DNA from: Rhynchobatus australiae
Taxonomy: Eukaryota
Direction: 5' to 3'
Assembly: GCA_034780895.1 (NCBI GenBank)
Contig: JAUZTB010000027.1
Location: 39,713,432-39,777,229 of the forward strand
Length of the DNA stretch: 63,798 bases
A model generated the notes under the pieces. It did not search any database and was not told the DNA's origin. It saw only the letters and a list, made by a program, of their open reading frames with translations. The translations under genes and the position numbers were made by a program. Positions 1 to 14,635 of the stretch are shown here, in pieces; the first letter of the stretch is position 1, and every line of letters starts with the position of its first letter.

Positions 1-570
1 CGCACTCTTCAGTCTCTGCCTGTACACAGGAAGAAACACAGCCAGGTAGTTGGATTTACCAAAGTGTGGGTGAGGGATAGAGCGGTAGACATTCCCGATG
101 GTGATAAAGCAGTGATCAAGCTTGTTTGGTCCTCAAGTATTGAAGGTGACATGTTGAGGCCAATTAGGCAGACACTTCTTCAAGCTAGCCTGGTTGAAGT
201 CCCCGGCAATGATGAGGAAGACATTGGGATACACCATTTCGTGCTTGTTGATCACAGTGCTCAATTCCCCAAGTGCTAGCTTGATGTCTGCCTGAGGCAG
301 GATGTAGACTGCAGTCAGAATGATGGCAGAGAGAATGGTAGGCACTTACCACCAGATGTTCCAAGTCAAGAGAGCAAGAATGGCACAAGACCGCCACATC
401 CGTGCACCGTGTCGGGTTTACCATGGAGCAGAGGCTGCCACCTCTTCCTTTCCCTGATGCTGCTGTCCAGTCCATACAGGGGATGGAGAAATCCTCGGGC
501 TGGAGTATCGTGTCCGGAGAGTTGGAGGTGAGCTGTGTCTCTACATTGCAATTTGGGGGGAAAAAAGCAA
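1..570 (-). mobile_element. Rex1/Babar-like LINE, AP-endonuclease fragment (frameshifted)
   Basis: Minus-strand peptides GKGRGGSLCSMVN and ILTAVYILPQAD...IIAGDFNQASL. Confidence 0.8.
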
Positions 571-879
571 CCCCAACTGATTTTCAGTTCCTAGGTAACA
601 AAATATGTCTGAACAGATCTCACATCAATTTCTATGCCAATCCCACAACCATTATATCAATGTCTTTGCCTGCTTAAACATCATTGTAGCATTGCCATTT
701 CCTTCTTAATCAGTCTGTTCAGTGTATATAAGATGAAGTACACAATAGTTATTGAACGTGGCACAAGTGAAGCTCGCTACAGAAGAGAGGGGAGAGTGGA
801 GCTACTACAATGATTAGTGCTTCATGTCTTTGTCTTGCTAAAAGTGAGTTGAAATTCTGTCTGTGATAGCATCAAGTTT

Positions 880-897
880 GTCCACCAGATGGAGCTC
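880..897 (+). promoter_or_regulatory. CTCF-like motif
   Basis: CCACCAGATGGAGC at 882-895 resembles the CTCF core; motif match only. Confidence 0.35.
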
Positions 898-1229
898 CAT
901 CAATGTCTCTTTAGTCCTGCCACACTGAACAACTTTTCAAAAAGCTGAGTACCATCAATCAAATTCATGTGCTGCTGCATTCTCTATGGAACCAAAGGGT
1001 GATGATGTTTAGTAAATTCATTAGTTGTTTTTACGTTGCCTTTGTTTCCATGATGGCACTGCATTAACCAACGTGATCTTCCTGTTTTTTTACCTTTGGC
1101 CAACTATCAAGCATATTTAGACTTGGCAAAATTTGCTTCCTATTTGAATAATTTTGGCATTTAAGGCATTTATTTTATTCTGTGTGTCTTCTTAGGTGTG
1201 CACAAAATTAAGGGTGGCAACAACAACAG

Positions 1230-2140
1230 GAACAAAAATTTTACTGCAGTTTAGCCATCTACTGTGACAAATATACCTGATTGGGATGACCTTTCCCATC
1301 TTCAGGCGGAACGTGCTGTACACCTGAAAGACATGGAGAATACACTGCTTGTGGTTCCAACCTGGACCAAGCAAATCTAGCTAAAGAAGCAAGCAGTTGC
1401 TCCACAGGTCCAGCTGAGTTTCTAGTCAGTGGTGACTAGAAATATTGATGTTGATGGTCTTGCAGATGGTAATGCCATTGAATGTCATGGGTAGATAATT
1501 AGATTCCCTCTTGTTGGAGGTGATCATTACTGGGAACATTTTTTGGCCAAAGTGTTTTTAGTCACTTATTAGGTCATATCTGAATGCTGTCTCGGTCTTG
1601 CTGCATGCTGAGGAGTTGCAAATGGAATTGAACATCATGCGGTCATCAGCAAATATATTGATTTTGTATGACTCCAACTTCTGATGCGTTTTCTCTTTCA
1701 TGCCCATTGACTTCAGTTCACTGGGGTAATTTGATGGCATGCTTAGTTAAATGTTGCCTTGATGTCAAGGGTAGTTGCTCTTATCTCACCTCTGGAAGTC
1801 AACTCTACCAGTTCATATTTGGGTCAATGTTGTAACGAGATCTGGGGTTGAGTGGTCCTCGTAAAACCCAAACTGGGCATCAGCACGTAAGTGATTAGTG
1901 AATCAGTGCTGCTGATTGGCATTCATCAATAACTTCATCACTTTGATGATTGAAAGTAGACTGATTGGACAGTCATTAGCCTGATTGGATTTGCCTGCTT
2001 TATGTGAATGGAATACACCTGGGTGATTGTCAGATAGATGCCAGTGCTGCACTGTAATGGAGTGGTTTGGCTAGAGCTAGTTCTGGAAGACTGGTTTTCA
2101 GTATCAGAGCTGGAATATTGTATGGCCTCATACCTTTGCG
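1230..2140 (-). mobile_element. Decayed CR1/L2-group LINE reverse transcriptase fragment
   Basis: Minus strand gives QFGF..HST, GEIRATTLDIKATF and INIFADD motifs; a related + strand piece lies at about 10250-10440. Confidence 0.7.
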
Positions 2141-3564
2141 TGTGGTGATGTATAACCTTGACTGACTATTTCTAAAGTTATATGTGGCATGGCATATTTT
2201 AAAATAGTCTAGATTTTCATGAAACAGTTGATTTATGAAACAGAAAAATGTCCCTAATCACAACATTGTATCAGAATTTAATTAAAACTGCATTAGATAA
2301 GATGTTGTGAACCTCATGATCTGCTTTTTATTCAACATTGGCATACTCTGACTGTAATTGTGGTGGGGTCCTCACTCATTAGGTTAAGGAAAAGAAAGCT
2401 TTTGATAACTATTATATTGGATTACTATATGTTGTGATTTGGGTTTTTGATCTTTTGCTTTTATTTCAAGAATACTTCCTTAAAATCTTGAGTATGGTGT
2501 GAGAGAACATTGAGGTGTTCCTACAGAGAGAAGAAATGTGCTTCATGAAATTAACTTTATACTCTACATGCACAAATGTCACTGAATTGGAAAAATATTT
2601 ATTCAATTTTCAGTGTCATTATTTCACTAATATGAAGGAGTTTATGAAAGGGAGTAATGTTTTTCTGTAACCTAATTTGACGTGACATCTCTAAGAAACA
2701 TGTGATTATTACTGTTTTAATGACTTCTCTAAATGAAAAATTACACGAATGAGGCAGTTTGAGAATACAGATCTCTGCCCATTTTGCTTTGATGGAGAGA
2801 AATTATTACATGTTTATAAAAGTTGTTCAATAAAAACTTTGCATTAAGTTGCTGAGTGCATCCCAAATTCTTAGCTGCTGATTTTTGAGAAGTCACAGAN
2901 NNNNNNNNNTGAGCTCATTTAGCTATTGACAGATTTGATCACAGATCAATTTAAAAATCTATGGCACTTGAACACAAGGGTAGAAAATATTTTTTTTAAA
3001 AGTGAAAGGAATTGAATGGGAGAAATTGCATATTACACAGATAATAGCAATTGACTGGAAAAGACATGAAGTTGAATGGTTAAATGTAATCTGGGAATTA
3101 TAAACTATTTGTTGGATTTTTTTTACTAAGAAATCTATTGAGAGAGATTGTTGAACATTTAATGAAAATGAAGAATTAGAAGGTTAAGTTTTGGTTTTGT
3201 TCATAATTGCAGACTTTTCACTGATGTGTTGTCAACATGAAGGCCAATAATAAGATGCTAGTGTCATTTGTTTGTTTATTTATAATGATNNNNNNNNNNT
3301 GAGCTTGTTATTTATTAGTCATAGCAAGCAAATTTATTAACTTATTTCCAAACATTATTAGAATGTCCAGGTGAAGATGGGTTTAGACAATTTGAAATTT
3401 AACTTTGGCAACCTTTAACACAGATTAGAGGTGAAAATTGGAGTGCTGTATACAGTGGAATGGTTCACTAGGCACGTTTGTTCACAATGTTTGTCGTGAC
3501 ATTAGTGTTTGTGTTAAAAGATGCCTAAGTTTGCAAATGACATTGCATTGTATGAGAGTACAAT

Positions 3565-3750
3565 AAATACAGAACATTCTGGAAATATTCAGCAGATTTA
3601 GGTAGCAGTGTAGGGGAAAGAAACGGGTTGCAAAGTCATCGTCTTGAAACATTCTATTTCTCTCTCCACAAATGCCGCATGATCTTTAAGTATTTTGAAC
3701 ATGTTCTGCTTTTAGTTTTAGATTTAATCATCTGCACCTTTTTTTTGCTT
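3565..3750. mobile_element. Old Penelope-like terminal repeat in fold-back arrangement
   Basis: cagaacattctggaaatattcagcag...tctctctccacaaatgccgcatgatct...aacatgttctg; same family motifs as 31094-31475. Confidence 0.6.
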
Positions 3751-5444
3751 TTCAATTATTAATTGGTAGAAATATTAAAGAAATATTAAAGAATTAAAGA
3801 AATAAAGTTCTGGAAAATTGGTTAGAAACCTAGCAACTAGCCTATTGAATTTTTAACAGCATTTAATAATGAGTTGTGATCGTTGTAATAAAGGCAGGTG
3901 GACTTGATTATGAAGTCTGTATGTGGCATTTACAAGTCAAGATAAAGATGTGTCTGGTTGTTAATGGAGTATTGGGAGCATGTCACAACATGCATAGATC
4001 TTTTGACATAACTATGAAGAATGGTTGATTGCGTGCAAAGCCCCAGTGCATATCCCCTATTTGGAGGGGCTGGAAAGGACAGGCATGACAATGAGTTAAG
4101 TGCATTCAGTAATAGATTTGCATAAAGAAGTTAATACAGTTGTTTTCTTTTCATACACAAAAGTTAAGGTTACTAGAACTAATAAAGAGATCAGCAAGAA
4201 GGATTTGGGTACGTTTTACATTACATGAATAAAAATGGATGGCTTTAAACAGAAGGACCATTGAGCTTAAAACAAAAGCATTGTTTTGGGGAATATTCTA
4301 CCTCGTATCTTAGGAAATGGTGACTTAATTGAGACACTTAAATGAAGCTGGGTAATCAAACAGCAGAAGGATCTATCCAAAAGTTGACAGAAACAGTCCC
4401 ATCAAGTCCTGAAAAGAACATGCAGACCTTCTCTCATTCTGTAGCTAAAATTTGTAGATATTTGAGGTATTTTGAAGTCAGACTGAACAAACATTAAAGG
4501 TTGTTATCCAAGGAAAAACTTGGATAACTGTATTCAAATTTTAATTTACTCAATTAACATTATTCAAATTTTAAAGGAATAAACTTACTATAGACTTGCA
4601 TATATTACCAATCAGTTGTTCCTCTTTCCTCCTTACCCAGTTGACTTTATTTAACGGCAGTTCTTAATTCTATATTATTTTGTTTTGTACTGTATCATGG
4701 ACAATATAAATTCAAGGATTTTAAGATGGTGATTGATACTGCTTTTATTTAAAATAAGTTGTACTGAGCAGTCAATTCATTCAAAATTATGTCTTTGACT
4801 ATTTGCATTCATCTATTGTCACAGACAGACATTGGGAAATTTGATGTGATGTAACCAGTGGAACAATGAAAACCATCTGGAATGGCATAGTCTAGGGCAG
4901 AATGGGATTTTAATTATTTTATATTTTTATTGCCAATTTTGATTTTTCGTATAGAAGAGTAGATGGGTAAATGGAAATAAATGTTCAATAAGCATTGTCA
5001 ATGAGAGGCTATTGTTACATTTTACAACTTCACTTGATTTCAAGCTCATGGCCAGAAATGTAGTTCATCCCTGATCCATTGCCCAAAGCAGTCATCTTCA
5101 CCTTGGGGAACAGGATATCCTATTGTCATTCGAACATTGCCCCAGCATGAATTTGAAAAGATCTTCTGTGCTTCCAGCAACAATGATTATGTCCTTTATT
5201 TATTGTTTGCCACCTTGCCAATTAAGTGCCAGACATTTGGTATTAATAGATGCTTAGACTCCAACAGATATTAGGCATGAATCCCTCTTAGACAAGTTTG
5301 TCTCTCTCTTGGCATCCTCTATCAAGCCATCCAACACCGTGAGCACTAACCTCAATCATTTCAGTTGACTCTCAGCCTGACCATCCTAACTGTTGCAAAG
5401 GCACATCAAATGTGGGAGGAATAGAACACAAGGAGGGGGAGTTG

Positions 5445-5650
5445 AAGCAAATAATCCAGATGCTGGAAATCCAAAGCAAATGCTGGAAATGCTTAACATA
5501 TGGAGCAGGGTCAGCGGGGAGAGAAATTAGAGTTGATGTTTTGGGTCAAGGTCCATTAGAACTGGACAGCTGAGAAGATGCTTGTTAAGTTGTAAAGAGG
5601 GGAAGGCAGAGAGAACAGAGGGATGTCTGCAAGAGGGTTTTCAACCTCTT
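5445..5650 (-). mobile_element. Penelope-like terminal repeat remnant
   Basis: cagatgctggaaatc...ggagagaaattagagttgatgttttgggtcaag. Confidence 0.55.
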
Positions 5651-5739
5651 ATCAAAGGGGAGGAGAGTAATGCTAGAAATGTATACAATAGATTAGAGCA
5701 TTATTACTACAAATTGTTTTGGTTGCTATATTGCATGAA

Positions 5740-6160
5740 AAATGTGTTTGTACCAGAAAGCTGCAAAGAAGATTTAGGAAGATGTTGCCAGGACTGCAAC
5801 CTTTAGCTGTGAGGAAAATTTGGATAGGCAGTGGTTGTTCTTCAGAATAGAAAGTCTGAAGTGAGACTGATTTGAGGTGCATATACTTGAGGACTCTCAT
5901 AAAACCAAGGGGTATATACAGTAATTGGTAGAAGGATTAGAGAGGAGATGAAGAAACAGTTATTCACACTGATGGTGATAAGGGTTTAGAACATGGCTTG
6001 AAAGAATGGTTGTGGCAGAAACTTTCATCACATTTAAACAGTCCTTAAAGAGCTGTGAGAGATTTTGCAGTGGAATGTGGAATTAGGTTGAGTAGCTGTT
6101 TTCCACTAGCATGGTTGAAAATGTTGTGGGTTCCTGTAATGTAAAACTTGTATGATTCTC
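5740..6160 (+). mobile_element. CR1 LINE 3' fragment, decayed
   Basis: agatttaggaagatgttgccaggactg...ttggataggc...tatgattct, resembling the other CR1 3' ends here. Confidence 0.6.
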
Positions 6161-6249
6161 ATCTTCTCTATTGCCTTGCCATCCTCTAGTAAAACACTTC
6201 TGCAGCTGAGCAGACTGAGTAGGATTCTGCTTGTTTGGTTTCATTCTTA

Positions 6250-7170
6250 TCAAGCCAGTTGTAGCCAGGCATTCAGCAGTAATGGGTTCTTTTCTCTGAA
6301 ATGAACTGCTGCTCTAGGATTTATCCTGTCCTCCTTGTTCTCACTTGTGTGCTACCCATAAAGAGCATAATTTGAAAAGATCTGCACTGAAGTGCAGATG
6401 TCACTCATCTTTATCTTGCTCTACCTGTCTTGACCCCTTCACAAGCTACACCATATTAGACCTCAAGGATAGAATGAGCATAAATTTTCACCAATTGAAT
6501 ATTGGGAAGCTATTTTTTTTTTGTTAGACTCATTCTCTTTGCTTTGATTCCATCCTGCCCACTTGAAGCTGAATCAGACTGTTTGCAACCTTGGTGTCAT
6601 AATTGACTAAGTTGAGTTTCAGTCCTCAAAGACTAAATATTTGCATATTTGTAATGTCCCCTACCCTGCCATGTCTCAACTCACTGCTTAAAGCCTCTTC
6701 CTGAATTTGGCTTTTCCAACACATCGTTGGCTGATCTCCATTGTTGAACCCTTAGTAAACTTAGTTATACAAAACCGTACTGTTGGTGTCCCAGTCGTCC
6801 TTGTACTTGCTGATACTTATATAATAGCTCTCAGTTAAGCAGCGCCTTGATTTTAAAATTATCTTTGTTTCTTTTAAATATAAAGATAATGGTCTTGAGC
6901 CTCCCTCTTTCTGTAATGTTTTCCAGCCCTATAGCCCCCCAAGGTGTATGTGCTTTTCATTTCTGGCCCCTGGCCTGTGCTTTCAGTTGCCAAAGCCCTA
7001 AGCTCTGGATATCTGAAACATCTCCACCTCTCCATTTGCTTTTTTTCCTTTAGAGATGCTCTTTTAAAGTCTACTTCTTTGACCAAGCTTTGGTACCTTT
7101 GTGCTGACATGTGTTAATTCAATAATGATCCTTTGAAGGTTATTGGGATGATTTTGTCACATTAAAGGAA
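6250..7170 (+). mobile_element. L2-like LINE 3' fragment, decayed
   Basis: gcaaccttggtgtcataattgac...ccctaagctctgga...tttgaccaagctttt; parallels 50830-51290. Confidence 0.5.
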
Positions 7171-8559
7171 AGTGCACACATCATTTTTTGGTTTGCTTTT
7201 AGGGAATAATCTATGAGATAACATAGAAATATGGAGTTGAGGATAGACAGCAAATGTTTTTCAAGGTACTTGCCACCATTTCAGATGTATTTGTTGAGTT
7301 TTTAAATTTAAGATTTTTCCTGCATTTTGTTCACAAAAAGGAACATTTGAATGACCATAAGATCAGTAAAGATAGTAAGTAGATAAATGTGAGCATTACA
7401 GCTGGTAAGATATTGAAAAACATGTGAATTGACCAGCTGCTAAGATGCTAAAAATCCTTTAGAAAGTGAGTAGCTGCAAAAAGTGATCAAAAGGGGCATA
7501 TTGGTGAATTCAGCCATTGCGTTCCCAGTGGGTAGAAGAAACAAGTTTGAGTAATAGAGAATTTTCACTTGTACCATGTCTTTCACCCCTAACCAGTCAT
7601 GTCTTTACCCTAGTATTCCATCCACGGTACATTTTAAATTGGGGAGGATGTTTCCATTCCACTGTGGAACAGAGAAACTTTGACTCTGGCACAGCAGAAA
7701 ATTATGCCTTGTTCATGGATGGAGGCTGCAGTTATTAAATGTGGCAGCAAACATGTGGACTTCCTGATTCCCATGNNNNNNNNNNNNNNNNTATAATTCT
7801 GGATGATTCATTCAAATAAGAATGGATTGAAAGAAACGCTTTGTAGATTTAAAAAAAATAATTGGGTAATATTAAATTCTTTGTTATGTTGAGGCTTTTA
7901 AATGGATGAGTAAAGTTGAAATGAGAAAATAGGTAATGATATTCTATCTGCTGAAATATGAAATTTTATTAGTCTAGTTTAAATTGAATTAAAAAGCTAT
8001 TTCAACTCTAAATTCTTCAGAATAGCATGCAATATATAATGATCCACAGCCTTAATATCTGTAACAAATTAGATACTTGCAAAAGTAATTGAAATTTTTG
8101 TTTTTCTCTATTGAGACACAAGTTTTAATTTTGCTTAAATGTCAGCTTGTACTACATTAACCTTCATTAAAAATTTGTTTCTACTTTCAGTAGAAATTTC
8201 CCAGTGGTTCTTTCTTCTAGTAATGATAATGTATTTGCATGTCAGTCTCCTGCTGTGCTTTATTTTTGTTTTGTTTTGGTACTGAAATGTGCCCTCAGTT
8301 TACGAGAGCAGCCCAGTAAGTTGCTTTTCCTTTCCCCATCTTTCCTCCTCATCACTGTTCACAGATAGACTTTCTTGGAATGCCCCTCTAATTGAAGTTG
8401 ATGCTTGGTGTCTGTGTGTGATAGGAAAAATTGTTTTCCAACCAACTTGGTATAATTGTGACAGCCTTGCATACTATTAGGCTGAGGGCAAATCTCTAGT
8501 CAGTAATTATTTAATTGATTTGAAGTATGGTCAGGAATGTTTGCTTTCTCAAAATACTG

Positions 8560-8790
8560 AAGATTCTAGCATGTTTGTAATGGTCTATGTGTACTTTCAA
8601 GATTTCCTGAAGAGTTTCACAACCAACCAAGTACTTTTCAAGTGCAGGCACTGTTGTAATGTAGGACTAACTGTAATAATCTGTTCAAAGCTAGATTCTA
8701 CAAACAAAAGAGATAAAGTGCCAGAAAATCTTCTATACTAAGATTGGTTGAGAGAAAAAATTTCATGTTCCTCTCCCACTGAGCCAAATT
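8560..8790 (-). mobile_element. Deu-domain (SacSINE-like) SINE remnant
   Basis: aagtgcaggcactgttgtaatgtagga...agattctacaaacaaaagagataaagtgccaga. Confidence 0.55.
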
Positions 8791-9394
8791 AACATTTTTC
8801 TCAGTGGTAGATGAATACGAAGAAAAGCAACAAGAATATAAATGGGAATGATGGATTTTGATCTGTCTATCTGGGGAAAAAAAATTTGCATTCTCTACTT
8901 GGAAGCAGTTTATGATTAAAATGTCTGGTGTAGGATAAGCTGATTTGTTTGCAATCTCTGCAAATAAATTTTCAAGTGCATCTTTTTTAAGGTTGATTCT
9001 TTATGGAAAGCTTCATCTGGTTGCTGGGCCAGTCCATCTTCTGTGACATGTAGTCCATTGCAAATTGTCTACCATTGTCTTTTTCATCATCCGTTTCTTC
9101 CCAGATGCTCTTCCAAACTCTGAATGTTTTCATGCCCCTTTCAGAAGCTTCCTTGAATCTTCACCCTGTCCTGCCAGCTGATCCTTTGCCAATTGAGAGC
9201 TACCAGTAAAGGACATCTTCAGGGATTTGTCCATTGACCATTCTGCAGTTATATCTTGGGCAATATTGGTTGGATATGGTGGTAGCACAGCACCCCAAGT
9301 TACCAGACTAGTAAACTAGATTTAGGATTAACAATCCTTGGTCTCTGACAAGCTGTTCGAGTACAGTTACAGCACTTGCACCTACCTGAAAAGT

Positions 9395-10172
9395 GCACTG
9401 GAGGGTTTACACTGGAGAAGAGATTCACCAGGATGTNNNNNNNNNNGCCTTTCAGCTATGAAGCAAGATTGGAGAGGCTGGGTTTGTCTTCCTGGGAGCA
9501 GAGAAAGCTAAGGGGATCCTGACTGGGGTATACAAAATTGTGGGGCACAGATATGATGGATATTGAGAAATGTTTTTCCCCTGAGCAGACATTTGACCAG
9601 AAGACATAGATTTAAGATAAGGATTAGGAGGTTTAGAGGGGATTGGAGGAAGAATTTTTTCCACCTAGAGTGATGTTGAAATCAAGAACGCATTGCTTGA
9701 GGGGATGGTGGAACATTTACGAACTATATGGGCAAGCACTTTAAATGCCATTCTGTAGAGGGCTATGGGCCACGTGCTGGAAAATGGGATTACCATAGAT
9801 AGGCTCTTGATGGCCAGCATGAGCACACTAGGCAAGTAGAGCTGCTGCCTTGCAGCTTCAGCAGCTGGATTCAGCCCTGACTTTTGTGTGGAGTTTGCAC
9901 GTTTTTCCTGTGACCACACGTTTTCCTCTCGATGATCTGATTTCCTCCCGCATCCCAAATGAATGTCGTTTGGTAGTTGGCTGCTGAAAATTGTCCATAG
10001 TGTATGGGTGACTAGTAGAATTTGGGAGGGTGGTGGAGAGGGAGGGCATAGGTATTCATGGGAATAAGGGGAGAATAAAAAGAGATTAGTTTCAGTTGGC
10101 TCTTGATGGTCAGCATGGACTCGGAGGGCTGAAGGTCTTGATCATGCTGTATGACTTTATGATTCTATGACT
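9395..10172 (+). mobile_element. CR1 3' fragment followed by a V-SINE/HE1-like SINE
   Basis: gagaagagattcaccaggatg...atagatttaagataagg; then tgtgtggagtttgcacgttt...tttcctcccgcatcccaaa and a ctatgact-type tail. Confidence 0.7.
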
Positions 10173-11689
10173 CAATGACAGACTTTCCTGCCATTTGAGG
10201 TTAGAAGTGGAGAAGTTAGTTGCTGATTCCTTAACTTTCAATTCGATTAACATCTCTGCAGTCAGCAAGACTGGAAACATTCAGGCATGAGCTGTTAAGT
10301 GGCAAATAACATTCTCAATATGCCAGACAGTGGTCATTCCCAAAAAAGGAGAATTGCCCAACCTGCTCTTGACATTCAGTAGCATTACCATCATTGAGTC
10401 CACCAGCATCAATGTCCTGGGATTCACTGGCCAGAAGCATGTTAATTTTGTGAGAATGAATGAGAAATAGTTAAGTAAAGTTGGGTTAAAAAAAGCAGTA
10501 TGCAGCTTTTGACTTTTTTGGGATGGGGTAAATGGTCACCTTTGGTTATATAAAATTCTGTGTTCTTTAAACGATCCAGAAACAAATGGAGGGACATATC
10601 AAGTATGTCAGATGATGTATGATTGGTAAGTGTTTATTTTGTGGCTTGCTTGATTGCCTTGTGATGATTGGGAGTGTTTCCCGGTACTACTGTTGGAATG
10701 GTCTTTTGTAATTTGTCTTCAGTTCAGTTTTAGCTAAAAGCTTGACTTCTAAACATGCCTTTTTCATATGTTCAAATCTTGTGCAGCTTTGTACTGTATT
10801 TCATTATTGTATTGATCAAGGTACTAACTTCTAGATATAGCCAAAATTTGGAAGAATAGAATTCGTATGTGTACTAATGATCATTGTGGGTGTTCAAAAC
10901 TTCATACTTTCCCAGAATTTTGATGACATCAAGGGTCTACCATGCCAAGAATACAAACCCATAGTTTAGAGCTTAGTGGCACCACTGAAGCTCCAGGGGC
11001 TGGCATGATATGCTTGGAATGCTCCACACTGCTGTGACTGAAATGGAACTTTTTATATTCACGTTATTTGCACTTCACCATAAACAAGTTATTTTGTGAA
11101 ACGCCAAGCTTTTCTTTAACAGGCATTATTGGTCTGCACAAAATGGAGTGTATCAGTTCTGTGGATTCTCCTGCTGTATGTGCAGTGTTGCAATAGGATT
11201 TGCTTGTTGATAATTGGCTCCTCTTTAACGCTGTGTATTTTGTATGCTGGAGTTGTTGTTTTGATTGGTATGTGCTTTGTCGAATTTAAATGCATGAAAA
11301 AAATTTGGTTATTCTAAGTTTGTGGGCTCCTTTAGTGGAATGTAATGTCTTTTTTATTGTTTAGGTTTTAGTTTTCTCATTCATTTGTAAAAGAAAAAAA
11401 TTGGACATCCACTGCAATGATGAAATGTTCAAGATATCCCCTGGAGGTAATTTTCATGAAAGAATATCAATCTGTATAATTTCTTCTCATACATTTTAAC
11501 GTCTTTTTAATATCGCACATCATTCAATTCTGGGTGAGCAAAACATGCAAGATGATTTATTTTCTTTGGTTAGTCTGCGATACCTCTGGCTTCTTTTATA
11601 ATTGCATTAATTTAGGGATTATTCTGTTTGGCTCACAAAATGAGATTGTATGTAGTCACCATGTTCCTACTATAGTCAGAAACTGGTTA

Positions 11690-12034
11690 TGTTACGAACC
11701 AGCAACAAAAGAAACACACTGAGACATGAATAAGTGTTAAAACCTTCTTTATTAATAACTACTTATGATAATAAGTAAAATAAAAGTTAGAATGTTAGAA
11801 ATAAAAATGTTAAACCTCGAACATTAACCCCGAAAACTAACTAAACTTGTCATGTGTGTGGCAAATTCCCAAACTCCACGTCCAGGAATGGTTCTTAAAG
11901 TTCAGTTCAGCAAGCCATAAGGTGAAACNNNNNNNNNNNNNNNNNNNNNNNNNNNNNNNNNNNNNNNNNNNNNNNNNNNNNNNNNNNNNNNNNNNNNNNN
12001 NNNNNNNNNNNNNNNNNNNNNNNNNNNNCACTCA

Positions 12035-12087
<53 letters not shown>

Positions 12088-12152
12088 TATCTAAAAGGGA
12101 CACTCACTAATAGTCCTAGTCCATAACAGTTAATAAGTGCAGCCCTCTTATA
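11690..12152 (-). mobile_element. Possible solo LTR, spanning a gap
   Basis: Starts TGTTACG, has TTTATT (AATAAA on minus) about 60 bp in, and an internal (CT)n; the other terminus is degenerate and no TSD is visible. Confidence 0.35.
12030..12083. repeat. (CT)n microsatellite
   Basis: Directly visible CT run next to a gap. Confidence 0.95.
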
Positions 12153-14635
12153 ATTCATTTGCGTTTATCCACAAGGAATGCCAAAGGACTCTTAACCAAG
12201 ACAGATGGACACCATTGTGCTTTAAGAACTATTTAAACTTTTTTTTAAAGAAAAAGTAAAAATAAAATTAACCACAAATATTCAATTTGCATTAAGAAGG
12301 AAATGAAATAAAATTCAATGCAATTTAATGGTTTCTTATTTGTCAAAGAACTGTTGTTATAACAAAATGTCTCAATATCTGGGAGCAAGGGACCACAATA
12401 TGAAATAGCTGATTTGGGTAATAAATTTCCTTTTATGTATGGTGCCTTTTAACACAAAACATCACAAGTGATTTCACACAGCATTATCAAACGCAAATGG
12501 ACAATTGTAAGATATGAGGGCAGAAGACTTAAACGCTTAGTCAAAAAGGTTGGTTTTTGAATAAGGTGAGGGGACTTGAGAGGTGGTGAGGTTTAGAGAG
12601 GACATTTTGGAGCTTAGTACCAATGAGCTAAAGGTACATTCAGAAAGTGAGGAAAATTGTTTTTGTTCAAGATCCTAGGTTGTGGAGTGTAGAGAAATCG
12701 CTGAGGGTTTGGGAGTTGGGAGGCCATTGAGGGATTTGAAAACTGTTCAAGAATTAAAATTTGAGCCTTGGATTCACTTGGAGCTAAGGTNNNNNNNNNN
12801 NNNNNNNNNNNNNNNNNNNNNNNNNNNNNNNNNNNNNNNNNNNNNNNNNNNNNNNNNNNNNNNNNNNNNNNNNNNNNNNNNNNNNNNNNNNNNNNNNNNN
12901 NNNNNNNNNNNNNNNNNNNNNNNNNNNNNNNNNNNNNNNNNNNNNNNNNNNNNNNNNNNNNNNNNNNNNNNNNNNNNNNNNNNNNNNNNNNNNNNNNNNN
13001 NNNNNNNNNNNNNNNNNNNNNNNNNNNNNNNNNNNNNNNNNNNNNNNNNNNNNNNNNNNNNNNNNNNNNNNNNNNNNNNNNNNNNNNNNNNNNNNNNNNN
13101 NNNNNNNNNNNNNNNNNNNNNNNNNNNNNNNNNNNNNNNNNNNNNNNNNNNNNNNNNNNNNNNNNNNNNNNNNNNNNNNNNNNNNNNNNNNNNNNNNNNN
13201 NNNNNNNNNNNNNNNNNNNNNNNNNNNNNNNNNNNNNNNNNNNNNNNNNNNNNNNNNNNNNNNNNNNNNNNNNNNNNNNNNNNNNNNNNNNNNNGTTAGC
13301 CATTGTCACCCTGGGAAAAAGTCTCTGACTGTCCACTCGATCTATACCTTTTCCTAAAATCAAGTTGACTCTTCTGAAAGGAAATATCAAGAATTTAATG
13401 GATGATTGGTTGCTGATAACCTACATTAGTCTTTAGCTTTTTCTGTCGTACAATATTAACTTGGTCAGTCAAGCATCATTTTGCTATAATTTTTAATTTG
13501 CATGTGGTCTTCTTTCGTGGTCCTCTGTAATTCCTTTAAATTTAAGAATGGCTTTATTTGTCCAAAATGTAGTTTTTTACTTGCTTTGTAATTTTGTATT
13601 ATAAACATTGATATTTCAAACTTATTTTTTTTGAGGCAGGGACTGTATATGCCAGAAATAGATGTATTCATGTAATCCGTGAAGGTAATGAATTCAAGTA
13701 TTGACATTTGAGACACAGGACTTGAATCATGCAGCAGGCTTTTAGTATGGAAATGCATAAGAGAGAGTTTCAATTTATATTTGCAGATTTCTATCTTTGT
13801 CACCTGGTAATGAGAATCAACGGAAATAAAGAACTTTGGAGAGGATGGGAATAAACGTTGATCTCTTTCCTGCAGATATTCCCTTCATCAAATGACAACT
13901 ACCTGATTTACTTTCACACATTCATACTTCGGTCACAATTTTCTATTGAATTGAGTGGTCCATTCATTGATTAATACTGAATGAAAAGAGCCATCTACCA
14001 GTTGTAGCTTCCCCCACAGAAAATGCTTATTTTCTCTTTTGTTTTATGATTTCTGATATTTGAGTGGTAAAATATAAAGAGTGAATGTAACAAAACTGAA
14101 TTCGGTTAATAGTACTTATAATCTTTCTTTTGCATACCTTTTGGCCTTAACTGTCTCCATATATTTAATTTAGCATTTCTTCAAGCCGGTTTCTGTGGCT
14201 GTCTTCATTNNNNNNNNNNNNNNNNNNNNNNNNNNNNNNNNNNNNNNNNNNNNNNNNNNNNNNNNNNNNNNNNNNNNNNNNNNNNNNNNNNNNNNNNNNN
14301 NNNNNNNNNNNNNNNNNNNNNNNNNNNNNNNNNNNNNNNNNNNNNNNNNNNNNNNNNNNNNNNNNNNNNNNNNNNNNNNNNNNNNNNNNNNNNNNNNNNN
14401 NNNNNNNNNNNNNNNATGACTGAAAACAGTCTGGATGCTCCCACTCTTTGAGTACCCAGTTTTTAATTCTGTGTTGGGGAGTTAAATCTGTGGCTTTGGG
14501 AACTTTTGACACAATGATATGTTAATTTTTAGGTGATGTCACATTCAACTTTTAAGTACATCATATTGGCAAATTGAGGTTGGACAGCAGTAAATGTCAA
14601 ATTATTTAATTGTTTTGCAGTCACTTCATTGAAGA

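Noticed and set aside
12614-13390. Long ORFs crossing N runs (also 14165-14512, 22107-22832, 47788-48499 and others)
   Set aside because: Length is an artefact of gaps translated as X.
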